DNA of 38,616 bases, from assembly GCF_004010195.1 (NCBI RefSeq), contig NC_057718.1:29537206-29575821 (forward strand), written 5' to 3'. Under the pieces are notes generated by a model. It saw nothing but the letters and a program-made list of their open reading frames with translations. It did no database searches and was not told where the DNA came from. This DNA comes from Chiloscyllium plagiosum. Its lineage: Eukaryota. Below, in pieces: positions 9,856 to 22,384 of this stretch. The position numbers and the translations under genes are program-made. Position 1 is the stretch's first letter; each line of letters begins with the position of its first letter.

Positions 9856-10000
9856 CTGGTACATATCCCCTGTCATGTCTCATCCGCTCCACAATATCCT
9901 GAACATATTGTGGATAGCCAGACTTGGCCAGGCTGAAAATGATTTGCATCAAGTCCCTGTCCATCAGGCTGGCATCTGTCTTTTCAACTTTCTCCAGTGT
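9856..10000 (-). CDS. LRPPRC: LRPPRC coding exon (exon 8), 145 nt, GC donor
   Basis: gatag|ACA..CCAG|gcgagt; [48 protein letters not shown]. Confidence 0.95.
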
Positions 10001-10904
10001 CTATCAACAAGAGAAAAATTAAGCACACAAAAATAGACTTTACATTCAAATCACATAAATATCTTAAGGCTGTGCTAAGACAATTTTTTTTCGCTTTCAA
10101 CACCTTTTAATCTTGTTCCTTCTCCCAAACTTGTCACAATCTGTTCTTTTAAGCTTTACCCTACCAATTGCTAATTGTGTACCATCTGAATAAGCAATTT
10201 ACAGAGTTTAAATTTAGCAAATAAGTTTGGAGCTTGAAAAATTTATTTCCATGGCATATACGGATATATTTACTTACATATAAAATTTATAACCTGAATT
10301 TATGGGACTCTTTATAAAAAGTCACTTCAAAAATAAACAGAAATGCTGAATTTGAAAATCTGAACTTTTACTTCCTCCTACTTTTGTAGTCTCAGTCAAA
10401 CTAATTTTAATTGCAATCATTTGTTACCTGATGTCATCTAACAAGGAGAGAGAAAACAGCAAACCATAAATAATGGCATTCTATAGAATGTATATGGAAA
10501 TTTTATACCATATCACAAACCAAATGGCAATTTTTAAAGCTTTCATGGAAATGTATAATTAAATAAAAGACCCTTGGCGACAGAAATTGCATAAACTTAC
10601 AGAAGTTTACAACGTTACAGAAGCATCATAAACTAAATTCTAGCATGCTTACACTCAAAAGACCCCAATAGTGTTTGGTTTTTATTATTTTGAACAGCGA
10701 CAACTTCAAAAATATGACTTTTGACAAATGACTAAACAGTACAAATAAAAACAAACTGTTGCAGCAAATCAAACTTTAGTCTATTCACATAATTTCAGGA
10801 TTTTTGCATAAAACTTAATTCCCAAGAATAGGTAATGTTTCTACATAAATTTCTATTGCAATTAAGTTGAACTTGAACAAAAGCAGATGCTGCCCAGTTT
10901 TTAC

Positions 10905-11031
10905 CTGTTTCACATTCTCAATATCTCCCTTTTCAGCATATGCATTCAGCAGTGCAACATAGGTATCCGGACCAGGCTCAATTCCTGCACCACCCATCAC
11001 AGTTAGAATACCCTCTGCATTTTCCATGTCA
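10905..11031 (-). CDS. LRPPRC: LRPPRC coding exon (exon 7), 127 nt
   Basis: tttcag|T..CAG|gtaaaa; [42 protein letters not shown]. Confidence 0.97.
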
Positions 11032-12237
11032 CTGAAATAAAGTTTAAGAGTTAAAGCACCACACAGATAAAACACAGGATGTAGAAGCAGAAATAGGTGA
11101 TTCAGCCCATCAAAACGATTCCACCATTCATCGAGATCATGGCAGATCTGATAATCCTCATCTCCACTTTCTTGCAATTTCCCTATAAGCCTGGATTCCC
11201 TTAAATGATCAAAAATCCACATATCTCAGCCTAATCAACTATAATTACCGACCCAGCCTCAATAGCCTTCCAGAGGTACACAACCTTCTGAGAGAAGAAA
11301 TGCCTCAGCTGTCTTAAATGTGCAACCCCTTATTCTGAGATCTACTGTGCATTGTAACAGATGCTACGCAGCTCAGTTAAAACTGAACAATGGAGATATC
11401 CAACATTCAATACTATACTTGTTCAGAATAAACACAAAATATCTGAAGCATTCGTACACTGGCATATTTTATATTGTCTGAGTACTTGTCCTCCAGATAC
11501 ATCTCAAGTACTCAAAATACCAAAAATCACTTTTAAATGCAGACACTTATTATGCAGCTAATGGTTTTAGCCAAATTGCACATGAGAACCAATCAATGAG
11601 AAAATTTTAATCTTCACTATTTATTTATTTATCATGGTTGATAGAGGGAAGAATGTTGACAAAGAATAATGGCCAGGGCATACTATTCTTCTTGGAACGA
11701 GATCATAAACATTCATTTGAATCACAGCAAATGGATATACTGAGTTTCACAATCCAAGAACACAACCTTCAATCAGCACTGCAATGGAGAATCAAACAAA
11801 ATTTAGAAATGAAGTGAAGTTTAAAAATGGGGATGAAATCTTTAAATTTCTAGTTCAAAAACAAGGTGGCAACCAAGTGAAAAAAAAATTCATGCTACAG
11901 ACCTTTCTTGTGAGTAACAAGACAACAATGAAATAGGTACCAAGATATGGTCATATGCCAGACAGTTCAATTAAATTAACTTCAACACTTTGCATAGGTA
12001 ATGACTAAATACAGAAGGATTGAACAAAAGATCCACTTAAGATGCTTCCCAGCTCTACTTCATCAATGTACAATGGGGTAACAATGAAACTGGACAATAT
12101 AAAATTTGGGCAAGAATTTACGTAATCCCCATTCAGGCTGCAGACAAGATTTACAAGAGTCAGATCTGACTCCAGTATTGTTGAAACATACTTGAAATCT
12201 TGCTAAAATAACACAAATATAAAATGTTATTGTATTA

Positions 12238-12433
12238 CTCAGAGTAGCAGGAGCATGGAACACACTGCCTGCAACAGTTGGTAGACTCGCCAACTTTCAG
12301 GGTATTTAAATGGTCATTGGATAGGCATATGAACAATAGAATAGTGTAGGCTCGATGGGCTTCAGATCGGTTCCACAGGGCGGCGCAACACTGAAGACCA
12401 AAGGGCCTGTACTGCACTGTAATGTTCTATGCT
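12238..12433 (+). mobile_element. Short CR1 3' fragment
   Basis: actcagagtagcaggagcatggaacacactgcc...gggcctgtactgcactgtaatgttctatg tail. Confidence 0.7.
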
Positions 12434-12787
12434 CTTTAAATAAGATCACACAAGATGCAAATCAAATCAAGGTTGTAATAAAATTACAAAATAAATTTAC
12501 TGAAACAGAGAGATGCGCAAACGAGACGGGTCTATCCTAAATTAGCCATATGAAAATACAAGAAAACATGACCAAAACAGTTCAGACTTGAGGTTCATGA
12601 CACTACCTGTCCTTTTATCAAAGAAAAGGCACACAAGGGAAGACAGGACTGTTGAATGTTTACAATTATATGTACTATACACATGCACTAAACCACCTTA
12701 ATCATAGTTAAACAAATCCTAACATTGTTGTTTCCACTATGAAAACCTGCAATCTGATGCAGGTCTTGTGCAGCAATTATTTATATC

Positions 12788-14115
12788 ATTGAGTCATAGA
12801 GATAAACAGCACAGAAACAACTTTCGGTCCAACCAGATATCCCAAAATAAATCCAGTTTCATATGCGAGCACTTGGCCCATATCTCTCTAAACCCTTTCT
12901 ATTCATATACCCATCCAACCTCCACCACTTCCTGGGGCACCTCATTTCATACATACATTAAAAAGTTGCTCAAGTCTCTTTTATATCTTTTCCCTCTCAC
13001 CTTAAACCTGTGCCCTCTAGTTTTGGACTCCCCTACCCCAGGGAAAAGACCTTGTCTATTGACCCTATCCATGCCCCTCATGATTTTACAAACCTCTGTA
13101 AGGTCACCCCTCAGCCTCCGACGCTCCAGAGACAACAGCCCCAGTCTATTCAGCCTCTCTGTACACCTCAAACCCTTCAACCTTGGTAAGATCCTTGTAA
13201 GTCTTTTCTGAATCCTTTCAAGTTTCACAACATCCTTCCGAAAGCAGGGAGACCAGAATTGAACGCAATATTCCCAAAGTGACCTAAACAATATATTGTA
13301 CAGCCACAACATGACCTCCCAACTCCTACACTCAATGCACTGACCAATAAAGGCAAGCATACCAAATGTCTTCTTCACTATCCTATCTACCTGCAACTAC
13401 GAACCTGCACTCCAAGGTCTCTTTGTTCAGCAACACTCCCTAGCACCTTAAGTGTATAGGTCCTGCACTGATGTGTTGTTCCAAAATACAGCACCTCACG
13501 GATCTAAATTCAACTCCATCTGCCACTCCTCGGCTTTTTGACCGATCTGTTGAAAGTCCCGTTGCACTCTGAGGTAACCTTCTTCACTATCTACCACACC
13601 TGTAACTTTGGTGTCATCTACAAACTTACCAACCATATCTCCTGTGTTCACATCCAAATCGCTTACATAAATCACGAAAAGCAGTGGTCCTAGCACTGAC
13701 CCTTGCGGCATACCGCTGCTCACAGGCCTCCAATCTGAAAAGCAAGCATCCACCACCTACCTTTGTCTTCTACCTTCAAGCCAGTTCTGTATCCAAATAA
13801 CTAGTTCTTCCTCTATTCCATGTGATCTAACCTTGCTAACCAGTCTCCCATGGGCAACATTGTCAATCACCTTACTGAAGTCTATATAGATCACACCCAC
13901 CACTCTGCCCTTATCAATCCTTTTTGTTACGACTTCAAAAAACTCAATCAAGTTCATGAGACACAATTTCCCATGCACAAAGGCATGTTGACTATCCCTG
14001 AACAGTCCTTGCTTTTTCAAATACATGTAAATCCTGTCTCTCAGGATTCTCTCAAACAACTTGTCTACCACCAATGTCAGGCTCACCGGTCTGTAGTTAC
14101 CTGGTTTTTCCTTAC
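12788..14115 (-). mobile_element. 5'-truncated CR1-clade LINE
   Basis: [46 protein letters not shown] fragments. Confidence 0.92.
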
Positions 14116-15721
14116 TCATTATTTACAATAATCACTTCACTTCAGAATATGATTCAAGATTGAAAGTACTAGTGCTCCACGTTCATTGTTAATCATACAT
14201 TCTGAAGTCAAGGAGTGTCATTGTCATCTGACAGGCAAACTGCTCAGTATCTAACATTAACAAAAATCTTAAATGCATCAGATTATATTGGATATTATGA
14301 TTCCAGCTAATGCTAACAATGGACAAGACAGATGCTAGAATGAAACCTAGCTTGAGACACCCTAATTTGTTTTTGTAGATAAAGCATATTCACAACGCTA
14401 CAGATGTTCTTAAACAACAGAGCATAAGCTAATTACATAAAAAAGAAAAACAAGCCAAGCAACATTAACAGAAATGTTTGGAGATCTATTAACAAAAACA
14501 TCAAAGTTTCAACCTTTTTCATACCACCCAACAGTCTTGATCCCAAAGAAATATCACTCCTGTCTCAGCTTTATAACTCTTAACTTTCATTATTTTCTTG
14601 AATCATTGAGACAACTTTATGTTTCCTTTCAAAATCCAATGACATGAATCTCTTAATTCTGATGGACTTAGCAAAACCGTCCAACACTTTTGACAAATAT
14701 TTTCATAGAACTGACAAACTTTGTGCCTCGATCATAAAATTGAACTTCTAAAAATGATTTCTTACATGCAAAATCACAACACAACAACACAAAAACAAGC
14801 TATTTAGTCCAACCAGTCTATTCTTCTGTTAATTCTTCACTAATCCTATCCCACCTTTCCTCATTGAAATTGGTCACCGTAACCATCTATTCCCTTCTTT
14901 TTGATATACTTGCCCAATTTCACATTAAGTACTTCTGTAATGTGCTTAAAACCCTCCTAATATTGCTGAGTTGCACATTCTCATGTTTCTTTGGGTGAAG
15001 TAATTTCTTGAAATATTTCATTGGATCTCTTTGTAATTGTCTTGTCCTGACAGGCTCTCGTTGTGCTTTTCCCCCTCAAGAGGGAATCCACTTAATCAAG
15101 CCTTTCATAATTTTTAAGACCTTCATTAAGTTACCACTAGAGAATTTTATTTTGAGAAAAAGAGATCCTCCTTCTCAATCATTTCCTGATAAATGTATAT
15201 CTATCCATTCCTGTGCATCCTGCCCCTCCAGTGCCTTATATTCCTTTTACAAGTTGGTTTAGTTAGCTTTATTCACTCTATGTCTGGTTTGCAATACAGA
15301 ATAATGCCAACAGTGTGGGTTCAATTTCTACACTGGTTGAGTTTACCATGAAGGACTCTCCTTCTCAACCTCTACCCTTCCCTGAGCTATGGTGACCCTC
15401 AGATCAAATCACCTCCAGTTGTCTCTCTCTACTGAGACAGCTGCCCTATTGTCCAGGAGTACAATGGTGACTTTACCTTTCATTCTTTTCACAACATGGT
15501 AACCAGAATTGCACACTGTACTCTAAGTTTCTTTGACCAAGGTTCAATACAGGTTTAACACAACTTCGGTACTTCACAAACCCAGCCTTCTGCAAGAACA
15601 AAAACTTGGTATTTGATTTGCTTTTTTTTGTGGGCCTCACAAACAAATGTTACACTTTCTAGTCAATGGTGTATTTGTAATTTACGAACCCTATGCCCCA
15701 CATAGACTTGCACTGCGCAAG

Positions 15722-16467
15722 TGTTATGAAATGGCAGTGAACCCTTCTGTTAAATAAACCAAATATCCAGAAAGGCTCACCTCGCCTCATAATCTGTTAA
15801 GAGTGACAGAGCACTCCCAAATTCAACAATTTAAAGAAAATAACAGCAATTTTTTTTTTAACACTAAAAGTGAACATTCAACAACTGTCACACCTCTAAG
15901 ACCCCCTTTCTCTTAACTGCTTATTACCTGCTTCCAACTCTATAACAATATGCTGTTCCAATAAGACACTCATTAAAATTACATCAACTTAATTTCAAAA
16001 CCACACAGCCGGGTCATGTTCTGTGACTTGACACTTCCAGCTGATTTCCCTGAATTGTCTTCTTTCTTTTTACAGTGAGTATATTTCATTTGAAAAGGAA
16101 CCTTTGATAGGGAGTGTTTCCTAATATTTTGGGTCTTTCTCAATGGCAGTTGCTCTGTCTCCAATTTTCAAAATGTCTGCAATTTTATGTTCCCAACATC
16201 GGATTGTCTCATTGGTTTGATGTTCACAAAACAATAAATTCAAACTCAATTGGGTTTTAGTATCCTGGGATATAATTTGAAGTGATTGGTTAAATTCAAA
16301 TTGTTGTCAAAACAGCAACCAAAACTCAGGTATCCATTTCACAGCCTCAATTTTCCAGTACATTGAGGCTGACATCTAGTCATACACACAGGTGCTGGTA
16401 ACCCCTCAGTTCAGAATAGCATTCACTCTCTCTTAAAGGTACAGTACACGTCCTCAAATTCATAACA
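15722..16467. mobile_element. Solo LTR (746 bp) inserted in an old CR1 fragment
   Basis: TGTTATGAA...TTCATAACA 9-bp terminal inverted repeat with TG..CA ends; flanks GCAAG/TCAAG (5-bp TSD, one mismatch). Confidence 0.75.
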
Positions 16468-16613
16468 TCAAGTTATCTGACTTGCCTATTCTCCCCACCA
16501 AAATATATTATTTCACATTTATCTGTGTTGCATTAAATTTGTTACTTATTTGTCCATTCTGCAACATTATTAATGGTCCTTCCTAGTAACTTATTTTCAG
16601 CCTCCTCCGTATT

Positions 16614-16797
16614 AAGTGTGGTGCTGGAAAAGCACCGTAGGTCAGGCAGCCTCCGAGGAGCAGGAAAGTCAACATTTCAGGTATAAGTCCTTCGCGTCGA
16701 CTCTCCTGCTCCTCAGATACTACCTGAGCTGCTGTGCTTTTCCAGTGCCACACTTTTTGACTCTGACCTCTAGCATCTGCAGTGCTCACTTTCTCCT
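16614..16797 (+). mobile_element. Diverged PLE-derived fold-back element
   Basis: Imperfect inverted arms (about 16614-16670 and 16697-16755) and the same tail agcatctgcagtgctcactttctcct; hammerhead deleted. Confidence 0.7.
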
Positions 16798-17700
16798 GCT
16801 CAGTAATGACCATTACATTCCCAATTTGGTTTCATCTGTAAATTCAGAAATAAATTGCGTGATCACAGGTAGTTTTTTTTAAAAAAAACATTTCCTTCTA
16901 TTTGCCAGAAGTCAAATAAGTTACTTTATGCAGTTCTGTATTTTCTTAGTTCACAGAGATCAAGTCAATTTGAATAACACAAGGACAATTGAGAATTTAA
17001 AAAAATGAAGGTTACATTATTTCGCAACAGTTGATCCAGGTGTTAACCAGAACGTGAAATCTCACTCATGCAACTTGTTTACACTAACACACAAAAAAAC
17101 TAAACATAGACAGATGACAAAATAGAAATTAAAAATGTTGATAGTAAATAAAAATGCAATTTCAATCACTCTCTTTTGGTGCAAGCCTAGTGTTTCTCGG
17201 TCACATTTTAATTAGACTGAAGTGAAGGTCTTCAAAATAGAGCGACTTTTGGAGGTTACAACAGTTCCTTTAGCCCACTTGCCCAGAATTAATTTTTGCA
17301 GGAGAGCTTGAACATGAAACAGGTTAGAGAGAGAGAGAGAACCTCTTATTCTCTTCTGTCGTAGTCGTACTAAGATTCAGCACTTCAACTATTCAGATGG
17401 CCTTGAATGGTGGAATTGCTTTCAGACAGAATTCTGTCCAGGAACAGTTTGAACTTTTCTGCTCTAAGTTTCTTCAGAGCACAAAGGTGGCCTCACTATA
17501 CATGTGGCCAGTCATGGTCCGAGAAAGGTATTGTAGTAATTCGAAGAGCAATCTAGTTATCATTCTGAGTTTTATATGACCTATTCCTTTGTTTTCAACA
17601 AAGTAAAGCTATACTCTGACAATCAAAGTGTCGAACAACTTGGTTCATCCCAACCAAAATAACGGTGTTTCAATCAAATGATTTTGTCCTCCCAATCTAG

Positions 17701-17856
17701 AGAGAAAGTGAGGGCTGCAGATGCTGGAGATCAGAGCTGAAAATGTGTTGCTGGAAAAGCGCAGCAGGTCAGGCAGCATCTAAGGAACAGGAGAATCGAC
17801 GTCCCTGAAGAAGGTCTTATGCCTTCTGCGCTTTTCCAGCAACACATTTTCAGCTC
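17701..17856 (-). mobile_element. Miniature PLE-derived fold-back element with TSD
   Basis: 31-bp perfect inverted repeat 17734-17764/17826-17856; flanked by CTCCCAATCTAG at 17689-17700 and 17857-17868; broken hammerhead halves in the centre. Confidence 0.85.
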
Positions 17857-17947
17857 CTCCCAATCTAGGCCATGACTTGTTGATGTCTTGATCACTAGAT
17901 TCTAGACCAGTAAAATAGACACTATATTACCGTAACTATGTTTAATT

Positions 17948-20080
17948 TATAGAGTCATAGAGTCATGGAGATGTACAGCATGAAAACAGACCATTCGGTC
18001 CAACCCGTCCAGATATCCCAACCCAAACTTGTCCCACCTGCCACCACCCAGCGCATATCCCTCCAACCCTTCTTATTCATATAGCCATCAAAAACGCCTT
18101 TTAAATGTTACAATTGTACTAGCCTCCACCATATCCTCTGGCAGCTCAATCCATACATATACCACCCTCTGTATGAAAAGGTTGCCCCTTAGGTCTCTTT
18201 TATATCTTTCCCCTCTCACCCTAAACCTATGCCCTCTAATTCTGGACTCTCTGACCCCAGGGAAAAGACTTTGTCTATTTACCCTATCCATGCCCCTCAT
18301 AATTTTGTAAACCTCTATACGGTCACCCCTCAGCATTCGAAAGCTCCAGGGAAAACAGCCCCAGCCTGTTCAGTCTCTCCCGATAGCTCAAATCCTCCAA
18401 CCCTGGCAACATCATTGTAAATCTTTTCTCTCAAGTTTCACATCTTTCTGATAGGAAGGAGACCAGAATTGCACGCAGTATTCCAACAGTGGCCTAACCA
18501 ATGTCCTGTACAGCCGCAACATGACCTCCCAACTCCTGTACTCAATACTCTGACCAATAAAGGAAAGCATACCAAACATCTTCTTCACTATCCTATCTAT
18601 CTGTAACTCCACTTTCAAGGAGCTATGAACCTGCACTCTGAGGCCTCTTTGTTCAGCAACACTCCCAGGACCTTACCATTAAGTGTATAAGTCCTGCTAA
18701 AACTTGCTTTCCCAAAATGCAGCACCTCGCATTTATCTGAATTAAACCCCACCTGCCACTTCTCTGCCCATTGGCCAACCTGGTCCAGATCCTGTTGTAG
18801 TCTGGTAACCCTCTTCACTGTCCACTACACCTCCAATTTTGGTGTCATCTGCAAACTGACTACCTGTACCTCTTATGCTCGCATCCAAATCATTTATGTA
18901 AATGTCAAAAAGTAGAGGACCCAGCACCGATCCTTGTGGCACTCCACTGGTCACAGGCCTCCAGTCTGAAAAACAACCCTCCACCACCACCCTCTGTCTT
19001 CTACCTTTGAGCCAGTTCTGTATCCAAATGGCTAGTTCTCCCTGTATTCCATGAGATCTAACCTTGCTAATCAGTCTCCCATGGGGAACCTTGTCGAACG
19101 CCTTACTGAAGTCCATGTAGATCACATCTATCGCTCTGCCCTCATCAATCTCTTTGTTACTTCTTTAAAAAACTCAATCAGGTTTGTGAGACATGATTTC
19201 CCACACACAAAACCATGTTGACTATCCCTAATCAGTCCTTGCCTTTCCAAATACATGTACATCCTGTCCCTCAGGATTCCCTCCAAAAACGTGCCCACCA
19301 CCAACATCAGGCTCACTGGTCTATAGTTCACTGGCTTGTCCTTAACACTCTTCTTAAACAGTGGCACCATGTTAGCCAACCTCCAGTCTTCCGGCACCTC
19401 ACCTGATGATACAAATATCTCAGCAAGAGGCCCAGCAATCACTTCTCTAGCTTCCCACAGAGTTGGCGGGTACACCTGATCAGGTCCTGGGGATTTATTC
19501 ACCTTTACCCGTTTCAAGACATCCAGCACTTCCTCCTCTGTAGTATGGACATTTTGCAAGATGTCACCATCTATTTCCCTACAGTCTATATCTTCCATGT
19601 GCTTTTCCACAGTAAATACTGATGCAAAATACTCGTTTAGTATCTCCCCCATCTCCTGCGGCTCCACACAAAGGCCGCCTTGCTGATCTTTGAGGGGCCC
19701 TATTCTCTACCTAGTTACCCTTTTGTCCTCAATGTATTTGTAAAAACCCTTTGGATTCTCCTTAATTCTATTTACCAAAGCTACCTCATGTCCTCTTTTT
19801 GCCCTCCTGATTTCCGCTTCAGTATACTCCTACTGCCTTTATACTCTTCTAAGGATTCACTTGATCTATCCTGTCTATACCTGAACCAAACCCTCAATTT
19901 CTTTCGTCATCCAGCATTCCCTCTACCTACCAGCCTTTCCTTTCACTCTAACAGGAATATACTTTCTCTGGATTCTCGTTATCTCATTTCTGAAGGCTTC
20001 CCATTTTCCAAAAGTCCCTTTACTTGCGAACATCTGCCCCCAATCAGCTTTCAAAAGTTCTTGCCTAATACCGTCAAAAT
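17948..20080 (-). mobile_element. 5'-truncated CR1-clade LINE (HER1-like), frameshifted RT
   Basis: ORF pieces [53 protein letters not shown]; (CTCTATGA)-type tail. Confidence 0.93.
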
Positions 20081-20186
20081 TTACAAAGAGTTACAGAAAA
20101 AGAGCACACCATCCAAAACATTAAACATACACATGTTCATATTAAGCAATATACCTTTGAAAACTTCACTGCAGCACATTACTTAC

Positions 20187-20273
20187 CCAGCCCGTGCATG
20201 TCCTGTCACCAGGGAATTAAACACCACTTCTGTAATTGGTAAGTCCTTACTTTTCATGAAACCGAGGATTTTA
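20187..20273 (-). CDS. LRPPRC: LRPPRC coding exon (exon 6), 87 nt
   Basis: ttttag|T..GG|gtaagt; [30 protein letters not shown]. Confidence 0.97.
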
Positions 20274-20794
20274 CTAAAAGACAACAGTATGAATTCATCA
20301 ATAAAATGTTAACAATACTTAACTTTAGGCTCTAACAAAAAAAATTAAAAGATCGCAAATGTGCTCAAGAGTTAAATGCCCAAACTTTGCATCTAACTAT
20401 TTCCACTGACAATAGATCCATTCAACATAAATACTATAAAATGAATACATATTATTTAATAAATGCATATGCACGCATGCACATACAAACATTCATCAAG
20501 TATTTTGTCATTGCTGTTCTTTCTCGTTTCTAAATGCCACATATAATTCAAGTGATAAATAGAAGTGAAAACAATGGTGTTTCACGCAAATTTTCAAACT
20601 AAATGTTAAAAATGCTTTAAAATCTCATGTTTAAATTTAATACTGGCAGCATATCCAAACTGTTACCACTTTATTCTCTTCAAATCATGACCACATACCT
20701 ATTCAACTTCTGCTCAGCTTGGGAAGTCATTGCCTGGCAACTACTGCAATCATTGTTTGATTATTATCTAAATTGTGTCACCTAAATAAAAAAA

Positions 20795-21650
20795 AAGATC
20801 AAAGCGGGCCAGGAGGAGCCTGTCAGTACGTGGAGTGGGTGGGGCCAGGCAACTGATAGCGTTTACACAGGAAAGCCAATATAGGTCAGGCTGGTCAATA
20901 TGTGCAGAGGCTGATGGCAGCCCGTAGGAAGGCTGACGGGGGGGTGGACCGGTCAGTACGCAGGGAGGTTGGGAGCCAGACAACTAATGGCCGGTCTGCA
21001 GAAACACTGGCCTAGAGAAAGGGTCAGTGAATACACGGGGCAGCCAGGCGCTAGAAGGCCAAAAGCAGGAAGGCAGGTCGGGGGTGGTTTGGTTAGTAAG
21101 CGGGGTGACTAGGTGCCCTGGCCAACGTCCATCCCAGAAGGAAGTGGGCTGGGGACAGTCAGTCAGTCAGTACGCAGGGCAGCCGGAGACTGGATGGCCA
21201 ACAACTAGACTATCGGGCTAGTCTGGTCAGTACGCTGAGTGACTGGGAGCTGGGTGGTCGATGACCAGCCTGGTCGAAAGCAGGCCTGGGGAGGTTCGGT
21301 CAGCATGTAGGGTGGCCAGAGACCGGAATGCCGACGACTGTCCTGCAGGAAGGCTAGCCAAAGATGGTCTGATCAGTCCGTGGTGTGGATGGGTGTCAGC
21401 TGTCTTTTTTACAGCTATATTGGGTCTGTGCTGTATGCACTGTCATATCTGTGTTTGCTACTGTTGTCGTTGTGATAAATAGAAGGGGGTTTTGAGGTTT
21501 GTCCTCACCTCCCTGAAAACTGGTTGAACAAAGAGGTTCAGCTTTGCTGCCCTTTCCCCTGTATATAGTGCTTTTTTTTGTGAACAGCTGTTTTCTGTTT
21601 ATTGTCAACTGTATTTTGTACTGTTCAATAAAATTAAACAATTTAAAGAT
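20795..21650 (+). repeat. G-rich element with degenerate ~70-bp tandem units and T-rich/AATAAA end
   Basis: GTCAGTACG or variants at 20822, 20894, 20952, 21023, 21092, 21166, 21226, 21299 and 21372. Confidence 0.6.
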
Positions 21651-21676
21651 GAAATGCCAGCTCAGACAATGCATTA

Positions 21677-22023
21677 AATTAGATTAGATTAGATTAGATT
21701 AGATTAGATTCTCTGCAGATTAGATTAGATTCCCTACAGTGTGGAAACAGGCCCTTTGGCCCAAGTCCACACCGACCCTCCGAAGAGTAACCCACCCAGA
21801 CCCATTTCCTTCTGACTACTGCACATAACACTATGGGCAATTTATAATGGCTAATTGTCCCGACCTGCACACCTTTGGACTGTGGAAGGAAACTGGTGCA
21901 CCCGGAGAAAACCCACGCAGACACAGGCAGAACGTGCAAACTCCACACAGACAGTCGCCAGAGGCTGGGATCGAACCTGGGTCCCTGAGGCAGCAGTGCT
22001 AACCACTGAGCCACAATGCCGCC
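21677..22023 (-). mobile_element. tRNA-derived SINE (HE1-like) with (ATTAG)n tail
   Basis: ggcggcattgtggctcagtggttagcactgctgcctcagggacccaggttcgatccc; ATTAG repeats at 21678-21730. Confidence 0.88.
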
Positions 22024-22044
22024 TGTCATCTTTTTTAATAAAAC

Positions 22045-22312
22045 CTTAAGTTATCTCAAGAATGTGACTTGAAAGAAATTCTGGGATTTACATATTAATG
22101 AACCAAAAAGATGAAAGATTTAACAGCAATCTAAATTTGTTCAAAACATCATTTTAGTTGCATGACACTGTAATCTTTTGCTATAAATTGTGTCTTACGA
22201 TCCTGTTTCACAGCTACCTAATGAAAGGGCAGCGCTCCAAAAGCTAGTGCTTCTAAATAAACCTGGTGTTGTGAGATTTTTTTTAAACTTTGTCCACCCC
22301 AGCTCCTCCACA
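22045..22312 (+). mobile_element. Older PLE-type 3' fragment (third family) with degenerate hammerhead
   Basis: 22216-22249 acCTAATGAaagggcagcgctccAAAAgcTAgtg, a CUGAUGA..GAAA core with two G-to-A changes; aataaa follows. Confidence 0.5.
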
Positions 22313-22384
22313 TTCTTAAATCTAGTTATAGCAACCATTTAACGATTCTCATCCCATTTTCTACCACTTTGCCCACAGCCTTTT

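Noticed and set aside
10815..11222. 135-aa ORF as a stand-alone gene (likewise 37383-37772, 8182-8403, 25187-25381)
   Set aside because: These are LRPPRC exons with intronic read-through on either side.
19680..20312. 210-aa plus-strand ORF, the longest in the track
   Set aside because: It is the antisense of a CR1 fragment and of LRPPRC exon 6, with no recognisable domain.
20822..21380. CRISPR-like pattern of a recurring motif with variable spacers
   Set aside because: The anchor is only 9 nt and degenerate, the context is a vertebrate intron, and there are no cas genes.
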